A stretch of DNA of 61,871 nucleotides, the filler included. It is 6 parts of 6 records of this genome, joined end to end, with 100 filler letters (N's around TTAATTAATTAA, not from the genome) between each part and the next. Parts side by side here need not be neighbours in the genome. Positions count along the whole stretch, not along the records: positions 36,686 to 46,055 come from SRR31156797_3377; positions 46,156 to 53,092 come from SRR31156797_3382; 4 more parts are not named here. One strand, written 5' to 3'. The notes beneath the pieces are model-generated. The model was given only the letters and a program-made list of their open reading frames with translations, did not search any database and was not told the DNA's origin. Shown here one piece after another: positions 39,254 to 48,598 of the stretch (its first letter is position 1; every line of letters starts with the position of its first letter). The translations under genes were made by a program, and so were the position numbers.

Positions 39254-41056
39254 TTAATTCAGCCAAATAGGGGATAACCATGCCCCATCACCATTTTTCA
39301 GCATAACTCTAATATAGTAATAACCTTTCTTTGCGTTTTCTATAATTTCAGCAAATTTAACAGTTTTTTTATTTACTAATTGCTGTATTAAGACAGCTCC
39401 GTTATGAATAATCTCATATTTATCTATCTCACCATCTCCGGCAATTAATCCTTTTACTGATAAGCTATTTTGCGAGTCTTTTTCCATTTTTACATCTATG
39501 ATTGTTTTATTAGCATTTGTTGCATAACATCTTCTGTTATATAGAGCGTCATATATATTTTCATAATTCAATTTTTCTGCATAAACTGCCGTTATGGCAT
39601 TTTTTCCTGCCTGTCCATCATGATTATCAGAACCGCCTACAAAACCTAATTTATAATTCATATCCAGTGCTTCTATGACACTTGTTTTTTCTTTTTCGTC
39701 TCCATATTCCAGTCTTTCTTTCATAACTTTTAGTTTTTCACTATTCTCACTTTGATCTCTGCATTCTGAACTGCCAAATATTGAGCATATTTCTATTAAT
39801 CTCATACTCTCATGAAAATACTCTTTTTTTCCAAGCCACATAGTGTGATGAAAAAATGCAAGTACATTTGGATAGATTTCATTTGAAGAGAGATATGTCC
39901 AAAATTCATCTATATAATTTTGCTTATTTTCTTTGCTTAGAATGTTCCAGTCTGATATATCTTTAGTAATAGTATTTAGATTTTTAACAATTCTATTAAT
40001 TAAATCAGGATTGTTCTTTTTAAAATAGAGATTCAGGTGATTAATATCAAGATAATGAGTCTCTCCTGCTGCAATTGGTATAAATTTATCTTTTAGCAAA
40101 TACTCTTCAGCTTTGTTACACTGATGAGATATTCTTTGAGCTAAATCACCCCTGCTGTCTCGTCCGAAACTATGATCTGCAACAGAGATAAAGTCCAGAC
40201 CTCTGGCATAAGCATCTCTATAAAGGTCATCTAATTCTCCTCTACCATCACTAATCTGCGAATGTACATGAAGATCGCCCCAATATATTTTTTTATCTAC
40301 TTGATTTTTTATCAATATAGGATTACTCTCCGCAAGTAGATTTAATTTTTTGTCTCTAACAGAAACATAATAAACACCTTCTTCTTTTGTTGTAAATTCA
40401 AACTCATTTCTGTTATGTAACTTATTTTCATCCCAGTTTTTCATAGTATATTTATACTTATCTTTATTTATTGTAATCTCCAAATCATTATTATAATCCT
40501 CACAAACATTGCCGTTTATATCTTCTGCATAGATAATTAATTTCTGTTTACTATTTATCTCTCCAATTGACGGTACTACGGCAAATAGTTTTTCAGCTTC
40601 TCCATTTTTTATCTTAAATTTAGGAAGTTCAATATCAATATAATTACTCTTGTTATCTAATTTTATTTTGCATTCAATTTTCAGGCACTTCTGTTTTCTC
40701 AAAACAAAGACTTTATTTTCAACAGTTCCAAATTCAACTATGATTTTTTCTCCATAATTTAAGTTTTTATTCTCTATTTTTATTTCCAGATCATTTAATA
40801 TATAAAAATCATGATTATTAATAATGTTTTCTACTTCTACTTCTTTACCATCACTTCTATATACTTTTACCAATCTGTTATTTAAACCGTTTTCATCCAA
40901 ACCATCCAGCAAGCCTTCCCAAGCTTTTAAATAAAAAGGAAAATAAAAACCTCCTCCAACTTTTACTCCTTCTTTAGGGGCATAAAGTTCTATTCTAATT
41001 CTGTTTTTTTCCATTATTTCTATTTTATTAGGAAAAATTTCTGTTCTTATATCCAT
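39254..41056 (-). CDS. PHP-like (DUF3604/CehA-McbA-like) metallohydrolase
   Basis: YWGDLHVHSQISDG, LDFISVADH, LGFVGGSDNH, YYYIRV...G..AWLSPIW. Confidence 0.75.
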   Translation of the reverse strand: MDIRTEIFPNKIEIMEKNRIRIELYAPKEGVKVGGGFYFPFYLKAWEGLLDGLDENGLNNRLVKVYRSDGKEVEVENIINNHDFYILNDLEIKIENKNLNYGEKIIVEFGTVENKVFVLRKQKCLKIECKIKLDNKSNYIDIELPKFKIKNGEAEKLFAVVPSIGEINSKQKLIIYAEDINGNVCEDYNNDLEITINKDKYKYTMKNWDENKLHNRNEFEFTTKEEGVYYVSVRDKKLNLLAESNPILIKNQVDKKIYWGDLHVHSQISDGRGELDDLYRDAYARGLDFISVADHSFGRDSRGDLAQRISHQCNKAEEYLLKDKFIPIAAGETHYLDINHLNLYFKKNNPDLINRIVKNLNTITKDISDWNILSKENKQNYIDEFWTYLSSNEIYPNVLAFFHHTMWLGKKEYFHESMRLIEICSIFGSSECRDQSENSEKLKVMKERLEYGDEKEKTSVIEALDMNYKLGFVGGSDNHDGQAGKNAITAVYAEKLNYENIYDALYNRRCYATNANKTIIDVKMEKDSQNSLSVKGLIAGDGEIDKYEIIHNGAVLIQQLVNKKTVKFAEIIENAKKGYYYIRVMLKNGDGAWLSPIWLN

Positions 41057-41099
41057 TCTGCTTTCTCCTATTCTATATAAATTTTAATTTTATTTATTA

Positions 41100-41132
41100 A
41101 TAAAACCCCTGATATTTACACAGGGGTTTATT
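41100..41132. terminator. stem-loop between ABC permease and hydrolase genes
   Basis: AAACCCCTG-ATATTTACA-CAGGGGTTT. Confidence 0.55.
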
Positions 41133-41168
41133 TTCTATTTGGGGTTTTATTATTTATTCTTTTATTTA

Positions 41169-42050
41169 TTAATCTTTTACTGCTCCACTAGTAAGTCCTG
41201 AGAATATAAACCTTTGGATAAACAGATACAGTATCACAATTGGGAGTAATATTACTACGATTCCTGCTCCCATGATGTTCCACATAGATACCTGATCATA
41301 TGTGAAGTTTAAAAAGGCGGTAACTATTGTTCTTAGGTTTCTGCTTGGCATAATTAAATACGGCATGATCATATCATTATAGATATAGATCGATCTAAGT
41401 ATTACTACTGTTGCAATTGCAGGTTTCATTAGAGGAAATATGATTTTTCTATAGATTTGAAAATATGTAGCTCCCTCAACAAGTGCTGCTTCATCTAATG
41501 ATTTCGGTATTTTTTCCATCTGTTGTATAAACACATAGATTTCAACAACACCTGCTGAAGAATATATTAGCAGTCCTGCAAAAATAGTATTAAAAAGACC
41601 AAGTGCTTTGATTACCTGAAACTGTGCTACCTGAATAGTTATAGGTGGTATCAAGCTGGCTACTATAAATCCTAGTAGAACTAATTTTTTGAATTTGAAA
41701 TCAAATCTTGTCACTACATATGCAACCATTGATCCAAACATTACAGAAGCCATTGTCGGTATTGTAAGTAAAATTACTTCATTTCTTAATGCCACTCCTA
41801 AGTTTGCTTTTTGAATAAAGTTAATATAATTATCAAAGTTAAAAAAACTCTTTGGCAGTGTTAAAAAGTCTGTTGTCATATACTCTGTATTTGTCTTAAA
41901 TGATACTAAAAGCACAATTATCATTGGTGCAAATACCATTATACTTAGTAAAATCAATAGCGCATAATTCAAACCTTTATGAATAGGATTTCTTGGATTT
42001 AATCCACTTGCAGCAAATTTAGTTTTTTTCATATTATTCATCCTCTCCAA
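41169..42050 (-). CDS. carbohydrate ABC transporter permease (MalG-like)
   Basis: EAA loop IPKSLDEAALVEGA, IIFPLMKP, GLTSGAVK; start may be 42032. Confidence 0.9.
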   Translation of the reverse strand: MERMNNMKKTKFAASGLNPRNPIHKGLNYALLILLSIMVFAPMIIVLLVSFKTNTEYMTTDFLTLPKSFFNFDNYINFIQKANLGVALRNEVILLTIPTMASVMFGSMVAYVVTRFDFKFKKLVLLGFIVASLIPPITIQVAQFQVIKALGLFNTIFAGLLIYSSAGVVEIYVFIQQMEKIPKSLDEAALVEGATYFQIYRKIIFPLMKPAIATVVILRSIYIYNDMIMPYLIMPSRNLRTIVTAFLNFTYDQVSMWNIMGAGIVVILLPIVILYLFIQRFIFSGLTSGAVKD

Positions 42051-42954
42051 AAAGTTTTCTCTGAATCATAATTACCGTAAAGATTATAAGTAAAAGTACA
42101 AACGAAAGTGCCGCCGCTTTTCCTATATTTCTAAAGTTAAACGCAATTTCAAGTGTTGATGTAATAAACGTATTTGTTCGTCCGGCAGGTCCACCTTTAG
42201 TAATTGCAAATGGTTCATAATACGCCTGCAAAGACCCGTTTATTCCCAGTAAAATTATTACATTTACGATAGTTTTTATATTAGGTATCGTAATATATCT
42301 GATTAATTGGAAGTAACCCGCTCCATCTATCTCGGCAGCTTCATAGAGAGCATTTGGAATAGATTGAAGTGCACCAAGGAAAATTATCATATTAAATCCT
42401 GTATATCTCCACATTCCGATAAATGCCAAAGCGAAATTATCCCAATAAACTCCTTTTAAAAATCTAATACCCTCAAACCCAAAAGATCTAAGAAATTGAT
42501 TAATCGGACTTGAGTCATAGTTGTAAAAATAAGAAAACATAAACGCTACAGCAATACCATTTAAAATATAAGGCAAGAAAATTACTGATTTAAAAAAGTT
42601 TTTTCCTCTTACCTGACCATCCAGAACAATTGCTAAATATAGAGCTAAAACTGTCTGGAATATCATTATTACAAAATAAGCAAAGTTATTTTGCAGTGTC
42701 ATTAATGTTCTCTTATCACTAAATACATCTTTATATTGATCTAAACCAACAAATGTTTTCTCCGGACTAAAACCGTCCCATTCAAAAAAACTAAGAATAA
42801 ATTGATACACTGTCGGGTAATATATAAAAAGAGTTAATAAAACTAAGGGAGCTACAAGGAAAAAGAATATAACTTTTTTCTTCTGTTTTTCCAAAGCGTT
42901 TTTGCTCGAAGCATTAGTTTTAGGCTCTTTACTTCCTACCAAAATATTTTCCAC
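42034..42954 (-). CDS. carbohydrate ABC transporter permease (MalF-like)
   Basis: FVGLDQY, ALQSIP..LYEAAEIDGA, TKGGP. Confidence 0.9.
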   Translation of the reverse strand: MENILVGSKEPKTNASSKNALEKQKKKVIFFFLVAPLVLLTLFIYYPTVYQFILSFFEWDGFSPEKTFVGLDQYKDVFSDKRTLMTLQNNFAYFVIMIFQTVLALYLAIVLDGQVRGKNFFKSVIFLPYILNGIAVAFMFSYFYNYDSSPINQFLRSFGFEGIRFLKGVYWDNFALAFIGMWRYTGFNMIIFLGALQSIPNALYEAAEIDGAGYFQLIRYITIPNIKTIVNVIILLGINGSLQAYYEPFAITKGGPAGRTNTFITSTLEIAFNFRNIGKAAALSFVLLLIIFTVIMIQRKLFGEDE

Positions 42955-43000
42955 TTTATTTCCTCCTAAACTTTAATAAAATGTTGCTCAATTTTTTTTA

Positions 43001-43038
43001 TTTTAAGGCTGATCGTTTTATTTGATCAGCCTTAAAAT
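43001..43038. terminator. stem-loop after substrate-binding protein gene
   Basis: TTTTAAGGCTGATC-GTTTTATTT-GATCAGCCTTAAAA. Confidence 0.65.
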
Positions 43039-43055
43039 TATTAGTTCACTATGAA

Positions 43056-44309
43056 TTATTTGTTTGATTTTTTCTTTGCTTTTTCCCACATTTCATTATA
43101 TTCCTCAATAACTGAAGCAGGGTCATCAGTTAAAACATACTCCTGAATTAATTTCCCTACATTGATTGTTGCTACTCTAAATACATTATCAAACTCATCT
43201 TGTCTTACTTGCTCCATACTTGGTAATCCTGAATTTAATAATTCTGAAATTCCAGGTGCTTCGATTTTTCCAGTTTTCATAGGCGATACTACCCCTACAG
43301 CTTTTGCAAATCTATTGTTATCAAATAGGAATCTTAAAAATGCTTTTGACGTTTTTGGATATTTAGTAGTTTTTGAAACTGCCATTGCGTTATCTCCACT
43401 TAGGTAAATTGCTTGAGTTTCAGGCATTGGGAACATTCCTACAAGATCAGAATCTAAACCTGCTTCAACTAACTGACTTGGGTACCAGCTTCCTAAGAAT
43501 GTCATTGCAACTTCTCCTCTAGCATGAGCTACTTTGAAGTTGTCCCAGTTTGTTGACATTAAGTCAGATTCTAAATATCCTTTTTGCCACATATTTCTAT
43601 AGAATTCTAAATATTCGTACATTCCGTTTCCTTCAACTAAGAATGACGCTTTTGATAGTTCATCTTTCCCATTTGTATTATTTACATATGTTTCAACATA
43701 ACCATTCCAGAACATTTGCTCTAATGGCCATTGATCTCTGAAGTTACTTGCAAACGGAATAATTCCCGCGTTTTTTAATTTCTCACATGCTGCATATAAT
43801 TCTTCAAGAGTTGTTGGTGTTTTAGTAATTCCAACTTTTTCGAATACTTTTTTATTATAAACGATTCCACCTGCAGAAACTGCTGATCTTACTTTGTATA
43901 AATTTCCATTAGTTATTCCTTCGTTGTAGAAATAGATCTCATTTTCATCAAATAACTCATCAATTGGCTGGAAATATGAAGGTAAATCCTGAATTCTCCA
44001 CTCGTTTATTACTATTGTTACATCAGGTAACTCACCTGCTGATGCTCTAGTTGATAAGATTGAATTAATTTGAGTTCCTGTTGCCGTTTGTATCTCAACT
44101 TTTGAACCAGGATGAAGTTTTTCAAATTCATCAGCTATATCTCTGATAGTATTGTCAGCTTTATCAGTACGGTTAGTAAAAAATACAATTGAACCAGCTA
44201 ATTTATCATCTGCATCTTTGATTTTATTTTTTGATTTAAAAAACCATCCTGCTTCTGCACTTCCAAATATAGTCACCATTAATAACATAATTCCAAGTAA
44301 TCTTTTCAT
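43056..44309 (-). CDS. carbohydrate ABC transporter substrate-binding protein
   Basis: signal peptide; FEKLHPG.KV, ASGELPDV-like motif, YNKKVFEK.GI...P.T.EEL, GEVAM...GSW. Confidence 0.88.
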   Translation of the reverse strand: MKRLLGIMLLMVTIFGSAEAGWFFKSKNKIKDADDKLAGSIVFFTNRTDKADNTIRDIADEFEKLHPGSKVEIQTATGTQINSILSTRASAGELPDVTIVINEWRIQDLPSYFQPIDELFDENEIYFYNEGITNGNLYKVRSAVSAGGIVYNKKVFEKVGITKTPTTLEELYAACEKLKNAGIIPFASNFRDQWPLEQMFWNGYVETYVNNTNGKDELSKASFLVEGNGMYEYLEFYRNMWQKGYLESDLMSTNWDNFKVAHARGEVAMTFLGSWYPSQLVEAGLDSDLVGMFPMPETQAIYLSGDNAMAVSKTTKYPKTSKAFLRFLFDNNRFAKAVGVVSPMKTGKIEAPGISELLNSGLPSMEQVRQDEFDNVFRVATINVGKLIQEYVLTDDPASVIEEYNEMWEKAKKKSNK

Positions 44310-44372
44310 TAATTTTTTCCTCCTTAAGAATATTAAAATATCTAATTCAAACTAAAAACAAAATCTTTTTTC

Positions 44373-44474
44373 CGGAAACGTTTTCGTTTTGTTATAGTAC
44401 TAATATACCGCATACAAAGCAAAGCGTCAAGTTTTTTTTGTCATATAAATCTAAAAAATGCGAAACCGTTTTCG
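44373..44474 (-). promoter_or_regulatory. promoter flanked by two LacI-type operators
   Basis: minus-strand TTGACG(44425-30)-17-TATATT(44402-07); palindromes CGGAAACGTTTTCG (44373-86) and CGAAACCGTTTTCG (44461-74). Confidence 0.75.
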
Positions 44475-44521
44475 ATAACAAATAATAATTTTTACTACTA
44501 TTTATTATGATCCAGTAAAAT

Positions 44522-45550
44522 CTAAATATTACTTTGGTCTTTTTTGACCTCATTACAAGACTTCCTGATTTTTAATTCAGGATAAAAAGTAATATTTTGA
44601 TTTTCATGTCTATTCCTAATCATTTTAAGCAGTAACTTCATTGCTGATCTTGCCATACCTTCAAAATCCTGCGATATTGTCGTTAGCTTAGGATTGATAA
44701 ATTTACTAGCTTCAAAATCATCATAACCTATTACAGATATATCTTCAGGCACTTTTAATCCTTTTTCCCGAAAAGCATTAATCAGGCCTATTCCCATGAT
44801 ATCACTAGATGCCAATACCGCTGTTGGTTTATTCTGCAATTTTGAAATATCATATCCAGCTCGTAAACCACTTTCAAAAGTAAAATCACCAGTAAATACA
44901 TACTCAGGTTTATAATTATTTATCCCCTCCAACTTCTCCTTATATGCCTCAAATCTTTCTATAGAAACATCCAGATTTCTATAACCTTTAACAAAGGCAA
45001 TATCTCTATGCCCTAATTCAAATAGATGCTGCATAGCGAGCTCAATCCCCATCTCATTATCGGAGCAAACCGTAGCAATATTATCTCCTTGAATTTTACC
45101 TTCCAAAATAACTATAGGTATTGCAGAATTTATTAATTCCTCCAATAGAGTATTATTTCTCTCAAAACCTATAAATATAGCTCCTTCCACTTTTCTTTCA
45201 AGACAAATATCCAAAAAAGTCCTATTATAATGCTCCCAATCGATACTATGCAGGACTAGATCATAACCTACTTTTTTTATCTCTTCTATCATAGTTGATA
45301 TATATTTAAATGCAGATGATTCTGTTTTTTGAATCGCTCCATTTGAATAAAAGAAGATATCAATTGTTTTACTCTTACTAGTAGCCAGCCTGGAAGCCAG
45401 AGCATTTTTTCTATAGCCCAGCTTTTTAGCAATTACTCTTATCTCTTGTTTTTTTTCTGAACTAATCTCATGACTATTATTTAGAGCTTTTGAAACAGTT
45501 GACAATGAAACTTTTGCCTTTTTGGCTACATCACTCATTTTAACTACCAT
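44522..45550 (-). CDS. LacI family transcriptional regulator
   Basis: MSDVAKKAKVSLSTVSKALN HTH; LGHRDIAF; VPEDISVIGYDD; P.LTTI.Q. Confidence 0.93.
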   Translation of the reverse strand: MVVKMSDVAKKAKVSLSTVSKALNNSHEISSEKKQEIRVIAKKLGYRKNALASRLATSKSKTIDIFFYSNGAIQKTESSAFKYISTMIEEIKKVGYDLVLHSIDWEHYNRTFLDICLERKVEGAIFIGFERNNTLLEELINSAIPIVILEGKIQGDNIATVCSDNEMGIELAMQHLFELGHRDIAFVKGYRNLDVSIERFEAYKEKLEGINNYKPEYVFTGDFTFESGLRAGYDISKLQNKPTAVLASSDIMGIGLINAFREKGLKVPEDISVIGYDDFEASKFINPKLTTISQDFEGMARSAMKLLLKMIRNRHENQNITFYPELKIRKSCNEVKKDQSNI

Positions 45551-45601
45551 ACGCTTACCTCAATTCTTTGTTTATTTCTGATTTGTGCTAATTATTTCTC
45601 T

Positions 45602-46055
45602 TTAATCAATCTCAAAATAATCAACAGTTTCGTTTAATTCCTCAACAACATTTGTGATCTCTTGTATCCCGTCAACTCTGGAAATCAATATTGAAGACAC
45701 ACTTTCAGAGATTTCATAATTTTGATTTGCTTTCTCCTCTATCTCTGCTGAATTATCCGATATATGATTTATAGCATTGATTATTTCTCTATTTGCTTCT
45801 ACCTGTTCTTTTACTAAGTAAGATACACTATCAACATTTTTTTCATTTGCTTCCGTTGCTGACTTTATATCTTTTATATTTTTTGATACAGTATCTGATA
45901 TTTTTCTTCCTTCCACAACACTGTCTTTTACACCTTGATTAGCTAATTTTACATTTGTTATCTCTTCTTGTATGTTATAGATTATTTTATTAATCTCATT
46001 AGTTTCTCCGTTAGTTTGCTCAGCCAGTTTTCTGATCTCATCAGCAACTACAGCA
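45602..46055 (-). CDS. methyl-accepting chemotaxis protein, C-terminal fragment
   Basis: minus strand reads AVVADEIRKLAEQT..ET.EI..II.NIQ, the MCP signalling hairpin; truncated at contig end. Confidence 0.85.
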
Positions 46056-46155
46056 NNNNNNNNNNNNNNNNNNNNNNNNNNNNNNNNNNNNNNNNNNNNT
46101 TAATTAATTAANNNNNNNNNNNNNNNNNNNNNNNNNNNNNNNNNNNNNNNNNNNN
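46056..46155. other. artificial contig linker
   Basis: N-run + TTAATTAATTAA + N-run. Confidence 0.98.
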
Positions 46156-46413
46156 GGTTACTGGTTCTCTCCTGAAAGAGAAATGCTTCAAGCAGCAATT
46201 GATAAAACTCAAGAAGATGTTGAAGGGAATGTAAAAGTTAAATTATATAAAGGTAATGTAACTGTAGTTGGTAGAGAATCAACTAAATCTTTATATGACG
46301 ATGCATACTCAACATTTGAAGAAGATGAAGTATATAACCAAAAAGATGCAGAAGGATTTATTAAACTTAATGCACTTAGATTTATTATTGCTGGTAAAAA
46401 AACTAGTAAATAA
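46156..46413 (+). CDS. argG: argininosuccinate synthase, C-terminal fragment
   Basis: [38 protein letters not shown]....[22 protein letters not shown]. Confidence 0.92.
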   Translation, partial: GYWFSPEREMLQAAIDKTQEDVEGNVKVKLYKGNVTVVGRESTKSLYDDAYSTFEEDEVYNQKDAEGFIKLNALRFIIAGKKTSK

Positions 46414-46432
46414 TAATATTATGTATAAATTT

Positions 46433-46463
46433 TAGAGAAAATGATTTTTTTATCATTTTCTCT
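46433..46463. terminator. stem-loop after argG
   Basis: TAGAGAAAATGAT...ATCATTTTCTCTA. Confidence 0.6.
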
Positions 46464-46563
46464 ACCTCTCTGAGATAATATTTTGATATAATATTTTTAA
46501 ATCGAAATATTAATACATTTGCTTATCAAATTCTATTATATATAAGATTTCTATATTTTTATT

Positions 46564-47667
46564 ATGGAAAATTTTATGAACTACTTAAAAGATTTAGAAA
46601 GACTGATAAAAATAAATTCCTATACACAAAATAAAATAGGTGTAGATGAAGTCGGGAAAGTTATGACTCTTTGGCTTGAAGAGTTAGGATTTAAAAAAGA
46701 GACTTTCAAAAGGGAACTCATAGGCGACCACTTATTATTTAAAACTCCAAAAAATGATGGTCCCAAAATATTACTGCTTGGACACAATGATACAGTCTTT
46801 CCAGAAGGCTATTTTGAAACTTTTACACAAGATGAACAATGGGTTTATGGACCTGGAGTTTGTGATATGAAAGGTGGAAATATTGTAGCTTTGCAAGCTT
46901 TACGAAATATCCACAAGAAAAATTCCCATATTTTTAATATTGATTTTTTTTTAGTTTCAGATGAAGAAACAGGAAGTGATGACTCTAAAGAACTTACATA
47001 TAATCTTGCAAAAGATTATGACTATTGTTTTGTTTTTGAAGCAGCAGGACAAAACCTTGAACTTGTAACATCTAGAAAAGGTGTTGGAAGGTCAATTATA
47101 AAAATAGAAGGAAAAGCAAGTCATGCTGGAACCTCCTATAAAAAAGGCATAAATGCAAATCTTGAAGGTGCAATCAAACTACAAAAATTTCATGAACTTA
47201 TTAATTTTGACTTAGGAACAATAATAAATGTTGGGAAATTCGCTGGGGGTATTGGTATAAATACTGTCTCACCATCTTGTGAACTTATGATGGAATTTAG
47301 ATTTGAAAAAAAAGATGAAGAGAAAAGAGTCTTAGACGGAATAAAAAAAATAACTCAAACCTCATTTGTAGATGGAACTATATCAAAAGATGAAACAATA
47401 ATCCAAAGAGGAGTAATGGAGGAAAATAAAAAACAACTAGAATTGATAAACTTTTTTGAGGAACTTATTTCACAAAAAATTCCAAAAGAAAAAAGAGGTG
47501 GAGTTAGTGATGCAAATATAGTTTCAAGTAGAGGTGTCGTTACACTTGATGGCTTTGGTCCTTATGGGGATGGGGATCATACAGTTAATGAAAGGGCATT
47601 AAAAAGTTCTTTTGAACAACGAATATCTATGATGACTAAGATATTAGATTATTATCAAAATAGATAA
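46564..47667 (+). CDS. M20 family metallopeptidase (glutamate carboxypeptidase-like)
   Basis: LLGHNDTV, GPGVCDMKGG, SDEETGS, FVFE, G..SHAG, GGVSD, GDGDH. Confidence 0.88.
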   Translation: MENFMNYLKDLERLIKINSYTQNKIGVDEVGKVMTLWLEELGFKKETFKRELIGDHLLFKTPKNDGPKILLLGHNDTVFPEGYFETFTQDEQWVYGPGVCDMKGGNIVALQALRNIHKKNSHIFNIDFFLVSDEETGSDDSKELTYNLAKDYDYCFVFEAAGQNLELVTSRKGVGRSIIKIEGKASHAGTSYKKGINANLEGAIKLQKFHELINFDLGTIINVGKFAGGIGINTVSPSCELMMEFRFEKKDEEKRVLDGIKKITQTSFVDGTISKDETIIQRGVMEENKKQLELINFFEELISQKIPKEKRGGVSDANIVSSRGVVTLDGFGPYGDGDHTVNERALKSSFEQRISMMTKILDYYQNR

Positions 47668-47687
47668 TTTCAAATTAGGGGAGGAAT

Positions 47688-48590
47688 ATGAGTAAAAGAA
47701 AAATTGGTATGTGGTTATATCAAAATGGTGGTGGAGATAAGATACAGGAAAAACTAATCTCACAATTAAGTGATAGAGGAATTGAAGTGATTCCAAATAT
47801 AAACTTAAGAGATGCAATAGCAAAAAATGGACATATATTATGGAATAATATAAAACTTGATAAATTAGATTTATTTTTTTCTTATAATGCGGGAGAACAA
47901 ACACAATACCAAATGTATTTGTATAAAGCTTTAAGTAGAGCTATTCCAACCATTAACTCTTTTGACTCATTTGAACTTACAGAAGACAAATTCCATACAT
48001 CTTTTTTACTAAGAAGAAATAAAGTTCAAACAGCAGACTATAAACTTTGCCATAGGGATGATACTTATCAATTGAAAGCAATTATGAAAAAATGGGACAA
48101 AATGGTTTATAAACCTACTGATGGTTGGGGTGGAGTTGGACTTACAAAAATAGAAAATGTAGAAACTCTAGATGTATTATTACCTTTTTTAAATAGTATG
48201 GATTTAAGATACTTTTATGTTGAAAAATTTATTGATTATGACAATACAGATTTTAGAATTGATATTGTTGATGGCCAATATGTTGGTGGGTATGGCAGAA
48301 GAGCTAATAGTAAAGATTGGAGAACAAATATAACAAGTGGAGGAAGTGTATTTAAACGAGATATTCCTGATGATGTAATCAATTTGGCACTAAAAGCAGC
48401 TAAAGTAACTGGACTTGATATTGCTGGAGTTGATATTATTTATGATAGAAAGAAAAAAGAATATTTAGTCTTAGAAGTAAATGGAATTCCTGCTTTTATA
48501 ACTCCTGAGCAAGAACTAGTAGGGATAGATTACAATGATAAAAAAATTAAAATGATTGTTAATTTAATTGATAAAAAAACTAAAAAGTAA
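47688..48590 (+). CDS. RimK/LysX-like ATP-grasp peptide ligase
   Basis: INS...ELTEDKF, KPTDGWGGVG, DFRI, WRTNITSGG, AGVDII, LEVNGIP. Confidence 0.88.
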   Translation: MSKRKIGMWLYQNGGGDKIQEKLISQLSDRGIEVIPNINLRDAIAKNGHILWNNIKLDKLDLFFSYNAGEQTQYQMYLYKALSRAIPTINSFDSFELTEDKFHTSFLLRRNKVQTADYKLCHRDDTYQLKAIMKKWDKMVYKPTDGWGGVGLTKIENVETLDVLLPFLNSMDLRYFYVEKFIDYDNTDFRIDIVDGQYVGGYGRRANSKDWRTNITSGGSVFKRDIPDDVINLALKAAKVTGLDIAGVDIIYDRKKKEYLVLEVNGIPAFITPEQELVGIDYNDKKIKMIVNLIDKKTKK

Positions 48591-48598
48591 AGGATTTT

